Positions 38,550-51,141 of a stretch of DNA of 64,000 bases are shown here, in pieces. Position 1 is the stretch's first letter, and every line of letters begins with the position of its first letter. A model generated the notes under the pieces. That model did not search any database and was not told the DNA's origin. It saw nothing but the letters and a program-made list of their open reading frames with translations. The position numbers were made by a program, and so were the translations under genes. This DNA comes from Vicugna vicugna (lineage: Eukaryota). The DNA lies in contig MU058844.1 in NCBI GenBank assembly GCA_013265495.1, forward strand, positions 6,137,260-6,201,259. Reading direction: 5' to 3'.

Positions 38550-40443
38550 GGGTGGAGGACTGGGGCCAACTGTGTAGAGGCAGCCTTAGGGGACTGGATT
38601 GTGCTGTGCCCCATGGCTGGGAGTGTATACAGAAGAGAATAGCCTGGGTCCCCCATAAAAAGAAAAGAAAAGAAAGAAAGCAACACTGCTGGTGCGCATT
38701 GAAGGCAGGGGCACAATGTGGCGGGCATAGCCTCTGTCTCTGCAGGACCGTGGCACCATTGCTGGCACATTCTTGGAAGAATAGACAGGGGGCTTCCAGG
38801 TGGAGGTGGGGTTGAAACCTGAATCTGTACCCAGGGGCTCCGCAACTTCATAGACCAGACTGAGATTCGTTTACAGCCCCAGGCAAAGGGGACTGATTTG
38901 CATTGTGGGTGCCTTTGTGGACCTGCACCTCTAAGACAAACGAGCAAGGAGCAGAGTTCTGGCACACAGCGGGGCCAAGGGCTGGTACAGCTGTCTCCAG
39001 CCGGCCTGTCTACCACACGTGGACCTGGCCCTGGGGACCGTGCTGACCCGACAGCGCCATGATCCAGGTGTGCGACCCAAAAGTCTGCAGAACTGCACTG
39101 GTAGCCCTGAGGGCAGAGAACCTGGGGGACACCAGAGCAGAGCACTGACATTCCTGTGGCTAAAGTGGGACAAGGGCAGAGTCAACAAAGAGTACTTAAA
39201 GTGCTCCAACCCCACCTACCAGTCACCACAACTCAGACACGGATCTGGAAGCCTCCTTTCCAACAAGAAGGGAACAGACCCGACCCGTCAGGGCTGTGAC
39301 AACCACAGAACAAAAAGGTGGCTCAACAACCAGGGCAGGCTCTGGTCACTACAACACTGGCCACACCCCTAATCAAAGGAATAACAGCCTACACTCACGG
39401 AAGAAGGATGTGGCAACCATCCATACTAAAAACAGACCTCGTGACAAAATTATTAGAGGTGCTCAGTCTACACAGGAATGCATCCTCTTGAAACAAAAAA
39501 CCAAAAAAAAAACCCTTCAAGACCACAGTAGATAACTGATACTCCATAATCCATGGTGCCAGAGAGATACAAGTATAATGAAGAAGCAGAGGAACTACTT
39601 CTAATTAAAAGAACAAGAGAAGTCCCCTGAAAGAATGATTAATTTAATAGACCTCAATAGTCTACTGGATCATGACTTCAAAAAGGGAGTGATAATAGCA
39701 CTGAAGGAAATAAGACTATGCTGGAGAAGGTGTGGAGAAAAGGGAACCCTGCTACACTGCTGGTGGGAATGTAGTTTGGTGCAGCCATTATGGAAAACAG
39801 TATGGAGATTCCTCAAAAAACTTAAAGTATGATCCAGCAATCCCACTCCTAGGTTTATATCTGGAGGGAGCTCTAATTCGAAAAGATACATGCACCCTAA
39901 TGTTCATAGCAGCATATATACAACAGCCAAGATATGGAAGCAACCTAAATGTCCATCAACAGATGACTGGATAAAGAAGTTTATACAATGGATTACTACT
40001 TAGCCATAAAAAAGGATAAAATAATGTCATTTGCAGCAAAATCGATGGACCTAGAGATTATCATTCTAAGTGAAGTAAGCCAGAAAGAGAAAGAAAAATA
40101 CCATATGATATCACTCATATGTGGAATCCAAGAAAAAAAGAAGACACCATGAACGTCTCTTCAAAACAGAAACGGATTCGCAAACATAGTTAACAATCTT
40201 ATGGTTACCAGGGAAAGGGATAAATTTGGGAGTTTGAGATTTGCAAATGTTAGCCACTATATATAAAAATAGATTTTAAAAAGTTTCTGCTGTATAGCAC
40301 AGGGAACTATATTCAATATTTCAATAATGAAAAAGAATATGAAAACAAATATATGTATGTATATGCATGACTAGGACATTGTGCTGTACACCAGAAACTG
40401 ACACACTGTAACTGTCTGTACTTCAATAAAAAAAGAATATTGG
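38550..40443 (+). mobile_element. Internally deleted young L1: ~1 kb GC-rich 5'UTR, ORF1 start, ORF2 C-terminus, 3'UTR and A-rich tail
   Basis: ATG at 39578 gives [45 protein letters not shown] (ORF1-like), continuing into [36 protein letters not shown] (ORF2 Cys domain); AATAAA at 40425; candidate TSD AAAAAGCC / AAAAAGTC. Confidence 0.9.
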
Positions 40444-40974
40444 AAAAAGTCATGTTTGTGAGCATCAACTCATCAACATAGAGACCATTCTGCCTGACTG
40501 ATTGCACAGTTCCCCTTACTACCCCAAGTATAAGAGGACATATCTATTTGATAAACGCTCATGTGTAGAAGGGGGAATTTTGTTAAAGATGATACAGTTT
40601 TAATGATTCTTTCATTTTAAAAAAAATTAAGTGAATAACAGTTTAGTGTTCTTACTTGATTAAAAAATGCAGTATATCAGCTGCTGATTACATATTTTAT
40701 GATAGAGAAAGAAGCATAAGTTTATTAATTACTCTTCCTAGAAACCAATGTTGGAATAATTATCAAGCAAGAAATATTTAGCTATGTAGTAATTATTTAT
40801 TCTTTAAATCCCTCTATTACTAATCTGTAAGGTTTGCCTCCAAACTTGGAGAAGGAAGAAATTGAGAGAAGTCATGAAAGCCAATGAAAAATGAGTATGT
40901 CGAGTTGAAAAGCCTGCTTTACACCAGGACTCATAATCTCGGCACTAGTTTTATCCATACTATTTGTGCTAAAT

Positions 40975-41215
40975 GTGAATTTACTTACTGAACAAGCATA
41001 TCTTTGGTTTAAGTACTTTACAGATATCAAGTCATTTAATTCTCAAATCAACTCCATGTGGGAAGTGTTATCATTGTCCTCCTTTTACATATGAAGAAAC
41101 TGAGGCATGAGAAGTCTCTGTCACTTGCCGAGAATTATGGAATCTAAGTGGCAGAACCAGGGATGGAACCCTGGGAGTTTGGTCCCTGTGTCCATGCTCT
41201 TTACCCTTCACATTA
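40975..41215 (-). mobile_element. MIR SINE
   Basis: CCTTTTACATATGAAGAAACTGAGGC...CACTTGCC...AAGTGGCAGAACCAGGGAT.GAACCC. Confidence 0.8.
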
Positions 41216-44200
41216 TGCTGCTGTATATGAGGATTTGCTTCTCAAGATTTATCCACAATTGATTATCTATATTAACAAAACCAAATATTTAAGTTATTTG
41301 TAAGTGAAAGCCTGTACTTCAATTTATTTTTAATTTGGCCTGGATATCCGATTATCAATTCAGTTTTGGCTTTCAAACCATCATCACCATCAACATTATT
41401 TTTCGTAACATCTTAACTGTATTTCACTTGGTCACATTAAAGTAAGTTTCTAAATGTTCACTAGCTGTCAGGCACCATGGAAATTACTTTGACATATATC
41501 ACCACCACTTTGGACTTTTTCTAAAATCATAGAGGAAAATCAAACAGGGAAACAACCCTGCAATCTCTCCAAAACAGCTGATGGTTCCAAAGTGACTTCT
41601 GTTAGATGCTGAAATGCATCCGGTGATTATGAAACACTAAATTTGCTTTTTCTACTGCTCTCTTTGATAGGCTTCAAATAAAAAATTGCACCACCACCCA
41701 CGTCAATAATAGCTAACAAGAAGAAAAGGTTGTTTTCCCTAATATGGAGGTTGACTTAGCATAGAAAAGTTGATATGGGTAAGAAACCTCGGTGACATAT
41801 AAACCAGTTTATTCAAGAATGGTCCTTCTGTTTGATTGCATTATTCATTAACTTCTGGCAAGGTTTAAATAACTGAATTCTGATACTTAATATGATTCAA
41901 ATATGTACAAACCATTGACAAATATAAACAATGAGACTAATTAGGAAGGCGCAGTAGCAAAAACACTTCAAAAATTACAGTTAATTCATTGACTGAAATA
42001 TTTTTCATTTCTTTCTAGGGAGTCTTACATGTCCTGCTTATTTCATCAGTTTTCAGAATATAAATAATAAAACCCACAAACCAGGAATAAAATTAATTTT
42101 GTAAGTGAAGGTATTTTTTGACAATATTTGTGCTTTCACTTATTCTAGTATCTCCCTACAAATCTTAGCAGAGGCCAAACATCTGTTTAATAATTTTGCC
42201 TTAATTTTTATGAGCTATACACCCTCACTGTGAAGGGAAAAAAGATGGAATTACATTAGTTTCCTTTGATACAATTGAAGATTGAAGATAGATTTCTTTC
42301 CACTTACTTGATAAATCTAGGGCATTTTATACAGCATTAGAGATAAGGCAACAATGCAATTCTGTAACCATTACCTGCCCTTATAAACAATGATTTGACT
42401 CATACCAACTGTTTCTTTGTATCTTCCAGGATTGAAACAAGAAACAAATAATGTTGTTTGTGGGGCTTATTATTATTTTTTGCATCAGAGTTTTTGCAGA
42501 ATCTCATAGTATAAGAAAGGTACAATTTTCTCTAAGTTTCATACTATTATAGTTCCTACATCAGCACTTGTTTACTGTCTATGATTACAAATGGTAAGAC
42601 TATCAATACTGCTTCTTGACTACTTAGCTAGTTCTGAACTCCCACCTCAGGTCGTAACAGCAACATCTGAAAAAAGTATAATGCCTTATGATTAATATAA
42701 TGCTTTTTACTTTGGATCAGTATTTTGTCTTATTTAGTGTTATACACAATAATCTGGTCCATAGAGAGAAATGGTCCATGATAAATGTTTGCTGAGTGGC
42801 TCATTAAATAGATGACATAATTTCATCTATTCCTTACACTACCCAAATTTGTGTCTTATTTTACAGGGAAGAGCATAGAAGCTTTGAAAAGTTAGGAAGC
42901 TTAGACAGGATCTATTTCTGTTCTTGGTTTTCTGATTCTAAATATCCTGTTTGTGCTACTGCTGCTTTATTATCCCCTGTTGGCTCAGATGAGACGTGAA
43001 AGATGAGACGGGATGAGTTAGAAGAAACTGTATCTGTAGCAGGCTTTTGAAAGCTTCGATTTAATTTCTGGTCTGTCTTTTTAAATGTGATACAGTCTTA
43101 TTAAATGCATGGGAATGATACTTGGTTCACCTGTGAATGGTCAGGAATATCAGGAGGTTCCCAACGAGAAGAAAAGCAAAGCAGAAACACTGAGCTGCAG
43201 TGCACCTTCTAAGTTAGTTTCTGAAAATTATCTGCAGCAAGAAAATGGAATGGGGGGCGACGAACTCTTAACTCTGCAGCATACAGGAGGAGCAGGTGTG
43301 CTCATTTCGACTTGTGGCCAGGTTGTTACCCCTGCGGGCCTCCCAACAGATTGTAGGAAACGTGACACCCCACGTTGCCAGCTTGGGACCGCAAATTTGA
43401 ATTTTCTCCATTAAAGAAGTGAATCCCTGCTGCTTTTCAGACATTAAAAGCTTCACTTTTCCTTCACAACAGCACGTCTGAAGCCTGGAAAACATTCAAT
43501 GAGCTGCTGCAAATTAGGAAGTGAACTTTAAAAGTCTTGATCTGTAGCTGCAAAGGTTTGTTTGAAACAGCGAGAGGAAAGGTGACTTCACAGCATCATG
43601 TCTTGTTGAAGAGCTACAGAGTAACTGCAATACAGCATATTTCAGCAGAAGTGGAATCAGCATGGTACCTGTTTTCCGGATGATATAATGTGCTTTCAAG
43701 GTGGTAAAATAACCCTTGAACCAAAGTAGTCAAAAGGAAAGGAAGCGATGAAAGATCTGAGTTGAGGTAGAAGCCATGGGGTATGAGTGCTGCTTTGAAA
43801 GGGCTTGCTGTTAAAAGTTTCTATGGTGCGTGAAATGTGATGCCAAAATAGAGCAGAACCAGACCCTTGTCTTAAATCAAGTACAGAGGAGGAAAGATTT
43901 ATTAGAGAAGTCTTATGTGCTTACTTTTTCATGTGCCAAGAACTCCCCACACATAGTATTTTATCCTGTAAAATCATCACCATCATTCCACAATACCCCA
44001 CAGAAAAACACTGTAATTGTTACAAGATTTTTACTGCCAGGTCTGTTTTTCCTCTTTTTTCATCTAGTTTAAATTATGATTAAATGACAAGGATAATAGT
44101 TGTCAGGATAACTACATGCAATATACACCCTAATTAATTGTGAGATGATTTATTTTACTCATATAGCTGGTACTCAGATTCATCTGTTGCTACAGGTAAT

Positions 44201-44281
44201 AGAGATGCTTTAAGAAGGATACAGAAACTATTATTTGACATGACGCTTTGTTCTTTGTTTTGTCTTGAGTTTAGTTCTCTG

Positions 44282-44620
44282 TCATAGGCTTGGAAGGGAC
44301 CTCTAGACATTAGATCATCACTTCTGATTGAAGCAGGACAGATTTTCACTGTGCCAGACTGGAAGGCGTCTATCAACAGTGTCCCGGAAAGGAGATTTAC
44401 AGGTCTCCCTTGGAAACCTGTTCCAGTGCCAGTGTTCCTAATCCCATGTAAGTATGTTTTCAGACATCTCTCATCCACCAATCCATACCTCAGGAATGTT
44501 CCTTCAATATTAGCAATGATCATGAGCATCTAAATCCCATCAGCTAAAATTTAAGCTCATCTCATCACTGCCAGATGGCTGGCAACTTAACAGCATCCTT
44601 GGTATAACCCCTCATATAAT
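44282..44620 (-). mobile_element. L3/CR1 LINE 3' fragment
   Basis: TTGGAAGGGACCT, GAAAGGAGATT.ACA..TCTCCCTTGGAAACCTGTTCCAGTG match recalled CR1/L3 3' motifs. Confidence 0.6.
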
Positions 44621-46199
44621 TAAGATTTTTAATTATCCTTGGCAAAGAACATCACATAATGTAATGCACAACTCTGCATGCAGAGATGATGCAGATCATC
44701 TAACAGCAATACAAATGTAATTGGGTCGGTTTTCCTTTAATGGCTGTGGGTGTGCTCTCATCCATTCATAATCTCTCACTCCATCTATCCTGTGACCAAT
44801 GGTATAAAATTGAGAGATGGCTAGTTGGGGTTACATTACAGTCTTTCTCTTTGAAAGTAACTTTATCTTAATTAGCATGGTGATCATTAAAGCTACCTAA
44901 GGCAAACAGACATATAACTTTAGGAGCAAAGGGTCTTGACATTTTATTTTTAGCAGACGTCATTCATTGGGATGGGGATTTAGGCGGAAAGATGTAGAAG
45001 GAAAAATAAACAAATGGTTTGAAGCTCTGTGGCTTCTGCTCTTCACTAGCGATGTGACAGTGTCATCTGTGGCACGTCAGAGGGAGCTGAGCTGCGCAGA
45101 CAAGGCACTGTCCAAGATGGGGTACTTAGTACCACACTGAGTCCCAGACTTCAATTCTAATAATCAAGATGTGTCCATCTAGTCTGTCCACATGCCTATA
45201 TATTGCGATGTCTAAAGACTTTTTTTTAACTTGGGAGTTTATAAGGGTGACTAGTGCGTTTTTTTTTGAGAATGACTAGACTTTATTTATATGTATATAT
45301 ATGTAAATAACAGACTATACAGGATAAATGATATACAGAGAGATTATGATGTTAATTGTGCTACCATCCGATGGAAAAAAAACTATTGATAATTTTTTAT
45401 GTGAACTTTGCATTTTTCTTACTAGTAAACCTACATAAGATTCTTTTTAGAGAGTCCCAAATTATCTTGCTCCCAACTACTGTGGTTAGGATAACCACAA
45501 GAGTTCTGAAATAATAAATGGCCAACTGCAGACAGTTTTTCTGCATTATTTCATGCAGAGTCTCTGTTTCTGAATTTGGATCAGCTGATGTCTACAGAAA
45601 GTTTTGCCTTCCTCTAACTTGCTCTTCAAACTATCAGTCTTGCTGATTAATAGAAATGGCTAAGTTTTGTGATGGCTCGATGTCTCTCTTTTTAAACTGA
45701 GCCGGAACTTTCTGTAAAGTATCTTCATTTTTTTCTTTCCGTTGTATTTTTAGGCACTGCAGCAAAGGTTAGGGATCTTTGTGGAAAAGGTCACATTCCC
45801 TTGGAGTACAAGATGAAAATAGCCCCTCAATTGTATAAATATTAACATATACTCTGTACCCATTTAGAGTCTTTCATCACACCTATGGTGGGGGTAAATT
45901 TACTGTCCTGTGCACCTAGCAAGTGTTAAATAAATGCCATTTCATTTCCTTTGGTAAATGTAGCTAGTCTCTCAAGAGAGATTTTTTAATCTACTTCTGA
46001 TAGCAATCTTATTTGGTTTATTATAGTTTGAGAGAGAACAGTAGTCAGTATCTATGCCAAATGAGTCCAAGAACTCTTATTAGAATGATGAATATTTCCT
46101 GAAATTGGTAACCATAATTAATCTTGCACATTGTGGTGGAATGATACTAACCAGTAAGTTTAATTACACCTCCTTCTTGCCACACGACTATCCCCATTC

Positions 46200-46580
46200 A
46201 TACAGCATTGTGCCCAAGGAAGGTAGAATTTAGGAATATCCACTGCTGAGAAAACTATCAAATAGAGTACAATACACAAACCCACATGAATATTATACAA
46301 CAACAACAAAAAGAATAAAGCTGAGCAACAAGAAACACTATAGATGAATCTTACATATAAATTTTTTTCAAGTATCCAAAATTTTTTCAGTATGATTTTC
46401 ACTAGTCAGGAGGACAGGGGAATGAAATAGGAATGGAACACACAGATTCTTAATGCTGAAATGTTCTCGTACATGCAGAGGGAAGGGGGTCCTAGGAATC
46501 CATTATACTGTCATGTATCTATCCCACTTGTGTATTAAATATTCTTATAACATGTGTAAAATATTTTATTAAGAAAGTTA
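46200..46580 (+). mobile_element. Very old L1ME-type 3'UTR remnant
   Basis: ATAGATGAATCTTACA, GGGGGAATGAAATAGG, TTAATGCTGAAATGTTCT; highly decayed. Confidence 0.4.
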
Positions 46581-46896
46581 AAGTGAAGAATACAAGTAGA
46601 AAAATGAATAACTGTTTCTCCAATAATTCATGCAAGACCAGATTCTTTCAGGGCACTGATTTTATAATACCCAGTGTAGCATCCAGTGGATTAAAGTTAG
46701 TACTTAAGCGTGGACACCAGGATAGTACTAGGTAATGCCCACAGTTCCAGCTGGGCTCTCTCAGTTTCAGGTAGTTCTATCTTTCAGTTCATCTGAAGTG
46801 CTGTTTATGAAAATAAATAAAGCTCAATGCTATTTATTAAAATAAATAAGACTCAGAATTTTTAAAGGGCAATACATGAAATGAGCACCATGCATG

Positions 46897-47303
46897 TGAT
46901 ACTGGTCAGCTGCACTGCACTGCTATGAAACAAATCACTGCAAAACTCAGTGGTTAAAAGAAAAAGCAACCGTTTATTCTCCCATTTCTAGCTTAACTGG
47001 AAAGAGCTCTGCTTTAGGCTGCAGGTCTGTGGGTTGGTTGGGAGACTCTGCTCCAAGGGTCATTTTTTGAGAGGGCGGCAAAGAGACCCAAGCTAAAAGG
47101 TTACTGGAGTATACTTTCTTGGCAACAGCAAGAGTAGAAGAGGGTAAGGCAAATTGTGCAAGTTTAAGCCTCTGTTTGTACCAAGTCTGCTATCATTGAC
47201 CGCAGAAAATCACAGGGCCACACTCGAAGTCCAAAGGTGGGAAGGTGAACTTGAATGTGGATTTATAAGACTAAGACAGGACCAGTAATTCAGTCTATCA
47301 CAC
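46897..47303 (-). mobile_element. Old MaLR LTR (MLT1I/J-like)
   Basis: AACAAATCACTGCAAAACTCAGTGG.TAAAA, TTTAAGCCTCTG, AAATCACAGGGCCA; ends CAGTCTATCACA. Confidence 0.65.
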
Positions 47304-47344
47304 AAATTTGCTAAGGAGTAAAATAAGATGCATATCTTACTAGG

Positions 47345-47793
47345 TGTGGCTTCTACTCAGACCCATTATTTGCCTTCTCTGATACGGTCCCTGCCCCAGT
47401 ATGCTGAATTCTAAGGACTACCTGTATACATTTGGCTTATCCACTCGCCAGCCTCAGGAAGGAACCAGCCAAGAGGAGATACTGACAGGAAACGAGAGGA
47501 CAGGAAAGAAACAGCTGGGCTATTTCTTCCCTGTTGTGGTATTACGTCTCTGGCAGTAGCTTTGTCCCTGCTTGACTGTGGTTTTCTTCAGGTGGCTGTG
47601 CCTGCAGTGTTGTAGTTGTCTCTGGGAATGGTAGCAGCTGTCCACCGCTGCCTGTCTCTGGCCATCTCATCATTCTTTGTTTATTTTCTTAAAGGACAAC
47701 CCCCACTGATTTAGATAATTCTCTTTCAAAGTACCTTCATTTTAACCATCTGAAGTGAATTCTGTCTCCTGCCAAGACTCTGATGGTTAAACA
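47345..47793 (+). mobile_element. ERVL LTR (LTR33-like)
   Basis: GGGCTATTTCTTCCCT, TCTGGCAGTAGCT, GGGAATGGTAGCAGCT; ends TCTGTCTCCTGCCAAGACTCTGA..TAAACA. Confidence 0.55.
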
Positions 47794-48728
47794 TATATAA
47801 TTAATTTCAGTATGTATAACACAGATATGTCCTTACTGATCACAAATCCCTTCTCAAAACAATGTGATAGTTTTTGCTAAAGAGAAAGACTCAGGCATGG
47901 TCAAGTGTTTTATGCTAACTTGCTGACCCTTGTATAATTGTTTGGATATAGCATAGATTTTGGCTCTTCATTTAGAGCTTTCAGATTCCATACCATTTGC
48001 TCAATAGAAAATATGACGTACGTTTTTAAATGTAGGGAAGGTCTCTACTGTGGTTCCATTGCGTTCTGTGCATTTACACTGGGTTCACTTTTCTAAACCT
48101 TCTTTTTTTGGGAGATCAGCTTTTTTTTTCCCCTTGAGGCTGAATTTGGCTACCTGCCCTTGTCTTTGTAAATTCACGTCTTTCATTTAACCAAGGAAAT
48201 TACCACATATCCCAACATTTTTAGCTGCAACTTGTGACAACTCCAATTTTCCCCAAGACCAATGACATTACAGGATTATTTCTCAGCGTCCTCTCTGGCT
48301 TGGTACAGATGTTACTCACCCACTGACATGTACAGCCTAGTGCCCAGTACCCATCCCACAGTGACAACTTCATCTTTCATAGGTCCTATTGAAATTTTTT
48401 TAATTAAAAAAATTAAATCCTCCTATGAAGAATCCCTTGGGTATTATTTTTTTATTGCCATGGTTCTGTTAGAAAGAGAAGTTTTCTGGAAGCAGACTTA
48501 AAATAATCTTCCTCTAGGAAAAGAAAAAACACTGATTTCCCCTTTCAAGCTTTCATCTTTGCCACTTTCATAACTACGTGTAGGTTGAAGAGGTGAGTTT
48601 ACCAAGGTTAGCGATAATCCTGGGTAGGCTAAGGAAAGCATAATGAAGGTGAGAAGTCAAATTTTAAAGAGATAATTAAGCCATGGCACAAATTGTATGG
48701 GGAAGTAGGTGATAAAGAAGGTACTAAA

Positions 48729-49329
48729 TACTACTCAGCCATAAAAAAAAGAATAAAATAATGCCATTTGCAACAACATGGATGGACCTAGAGATTGTCA
48801 TTCTAGGTGAAGTAAGCCAGAAAGAGAAGGGAAAATATCATATGATATCACTCATACATGGAATCTGAAAAAAAGAAAGAAAGAGAGGAAGAAGGAGAGA
48901 AAGAGAGAAAGAAAAATAAAGAAAAAGAAAGAAAGAAAGAGAGAGAGAAAGAAAGACAAAGAGAGAGAGAGAAAGAAAGAAAGAAAGAAAGAAAAGAAAA
49001 GAAAAGAACAGAACAGAACACTATGAACTCATCTACAAAACAAACAGATTTGCAGACATAGTAAACAATCTTATGGTTCCTGGAGGAAAGAGGGTGGGAA
49101 GGGCTAAATTTGAGAGTTTGAGATTTGCAAATGTTAGCCACTATATATAAAAATAGATTTAAAAAAACAAGTTTCTTCTGTATGGCATAGGGAACTATGT
49201 TCAGTATCTTGCAATAACCTTTAATGAATAAGAATATGAAAACAAATATGTATATGCATGACTGGGACATTGTGCTGCACACTAGAAACTGACACACTGT
49301 AACTGATTGAAAATCAATTAAAAAAAAAA
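48729..49329 (+). mobile_element. Young 5'-truncated L1 3' end with poly(A) and 15-bp TSD
   Basis: TACTACTCAGCCATAAAAA...ATGCCATTTGCAACAACATGGATGGACCTAGAG; TSD AAAGAAGGTACTAAA (48714-48728) / AAAGAAGGTACCAAA (49330-49344). Confidence 0.95.
48868..49020. repeat. Polypurine compound microsatellite (GAAA/GA/GAAAA/GAACA)
   Basis: About 150 bp of almost pure A/G inside the L1 3' region. Confidence 0.95.
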
Positions 49330-49668
49330 AAAGAAGGTACCAAAGCAAGAATATGAAATCATTCAGTTATTAAACAGAGCACTATAAGCCCAGGACCAAA
49401 AAAAAAAAAAAAAAAAAGTACCCTATTCAAAACATGTCTGTGATCAGAAGTCAGCGGCATACGGCTAAAGTGGATTTGCATGACTTCAAGATGATGTATA
49501 GTAAGCTAAAGCCAAGAATGAGTTCCAAGGCTTGGGCATTTCTGTAGTAACCAAGAGAATTAAGAAAAATATGTCAGCATTAAACATATTTGTGAAAGTA
49601 AGGAGAACTACAAAGAAGCCTGGCTTAAACTACATTACAAGAGGATCTTTATATTTACTGAAAGGGTA

Positions 49669-51141
49669 AAAATGACCTGGGAAAGAGTGAACAGTATTTT
49701 ACACTAATGGGGTACAATTTGAGAGCTATTACTCACACACCATCTAGTATGTAAATAATTTAGATTCCAATTTGCATTCAAAATACTGTTTTCTTTAAAA
49801 CAGCTGCCAGCAAGCATTGAGGTGCAGTGGATATCACTGGTATCACAAAAGCATCAAAGTCCCCATTACCCATGTGTTCATGAACAATGAGTTTTAAAGA
49901 ATGTTCCCCAGGAGTTCTGATTTCACAGTCACTGGAGAAGAAATACTTCCTGATCTTTTCGCTAAAAGTAGCAAAAATTTACCTTCAGATATGTGTTTTC
50001 AACACTGGTATTAAGAGAAATTTCGTTTTCAGTCTGGCCTGATAGAAACTACTGAAGCACAGCTTATTACAATTTCCAGTGAACAATGAAAAGTCTCTAG
50101 CTATTAATTTGAATTTAGAATACTTACAGTTGCTTCTATCTGGTTGCTATAATTTATTTATCCAAGCACAACTTCTGATTCTTTCACATTCAATCCAGTC
50201 CCCAGAGTTATAGTCAAAATTCTATTCTGTCAACTTACTGAATCCCCATCTATCTTCTGACTCTATTCTTCTTTAAAATCTTCTCTATTTTCAAACTACG
50301 TGGTTTCATAATTCTTTTTTATTCTTTTTTTCTTTTACACGTTAATGATTTTTGTCCTGCTGAGGTTCCTTTTACTTCATAGATTTTTTTTTTTTTTTGG
50401 TGAAAAATCCTGTAAAAATAAGATTACCTTTCTCTGTCCTGCTGTTTTCAGTGACTTTTCTTTAAATCATTATCATTTACATCTCTAGTTTATTTCTAAG
50501 TTTATAAGGTTGTGCAGTTATTTAAATGAAAATTTTCTAGGTCTTTATTTTTTCTAGCTTGGATTTTTGAACAACTTTCTACCAACCTCAGAGTTTCCCA
50601 ACGGCAAGGATAGTACTTCTATATATGGAAGAGAATTTTTTCCCAGGATTTTTTCTTACCATATATTGATAGTTCATGAACTTTGCTTTGCCTCTTTTTT
50701 AGCATGACTTAGAAGACTAAATATTCAGTTAAGTAACTTGTCCTTAAAATGCATACATGAGTTTTATGAAACCCAAAGTCTAGAATCAGCCCAACAAGGC
50801 AGATCGCCATACGGCAATAATTGGATTTTCCAAGACACTTAGTCATGCTTTAAGAAACAAATCATTCATTAGATTCTGAATTTACATGACTAAAGGAATC
50901 CTTCCTTGTTTGAGAAGTGGACCTGGGAACAGGTTTTTTTTTTTTCCTCACTTTCACAGAAAATATCTGATATTTAATTCTACCTCTTATCTTCAGATCA
51001 AGGTAGAAGAAAGCCAGCGGGGAGAGATCCAAATCCAAAGAGAGTTAAGCATTGTGGTGTCTAAGTATTCCTGGCATAAAATGACCTGGAAAAGAGTGAA
51101 CAGTATTTTACACTAATAGGGTACAATTTGAGAGCTATTAC
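49669..51141. repeat. 64-bp dispersed direct repeat (62/64), copies 1409 bp apart
   Basis: 49669-49732 vs 51078-51141: AAAATGACCTGG[G/A]AAAGAGTGAACAGTATTTTACACTAAT[G/A]GGGTACAATTTGAGAGCTATTAC. Confidence 0.95.

Noticed and set aside
38540..39151. 203-aa minus-strand ORF, the longest in the track (possible ORF0-like antisense gene)
   Set aside because: It lies entirely in the GC-rich L1 5'UTR, where stops are scarce and several frames are open. It runs through an A-rich microsatellite and shows no recognisable protein similarity.
43109..43414. 101-aa ORF as a coding exon
   Set aside because: No recognisable domain, no convincing splice boundaries, and a length compatible with chance.
48848..49348. 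166-aa minus ORF and 67-aa E/K/R-rich plus ORF
   Set aside because: These are translations of the polypurine microsatellite in an L1 3' end.
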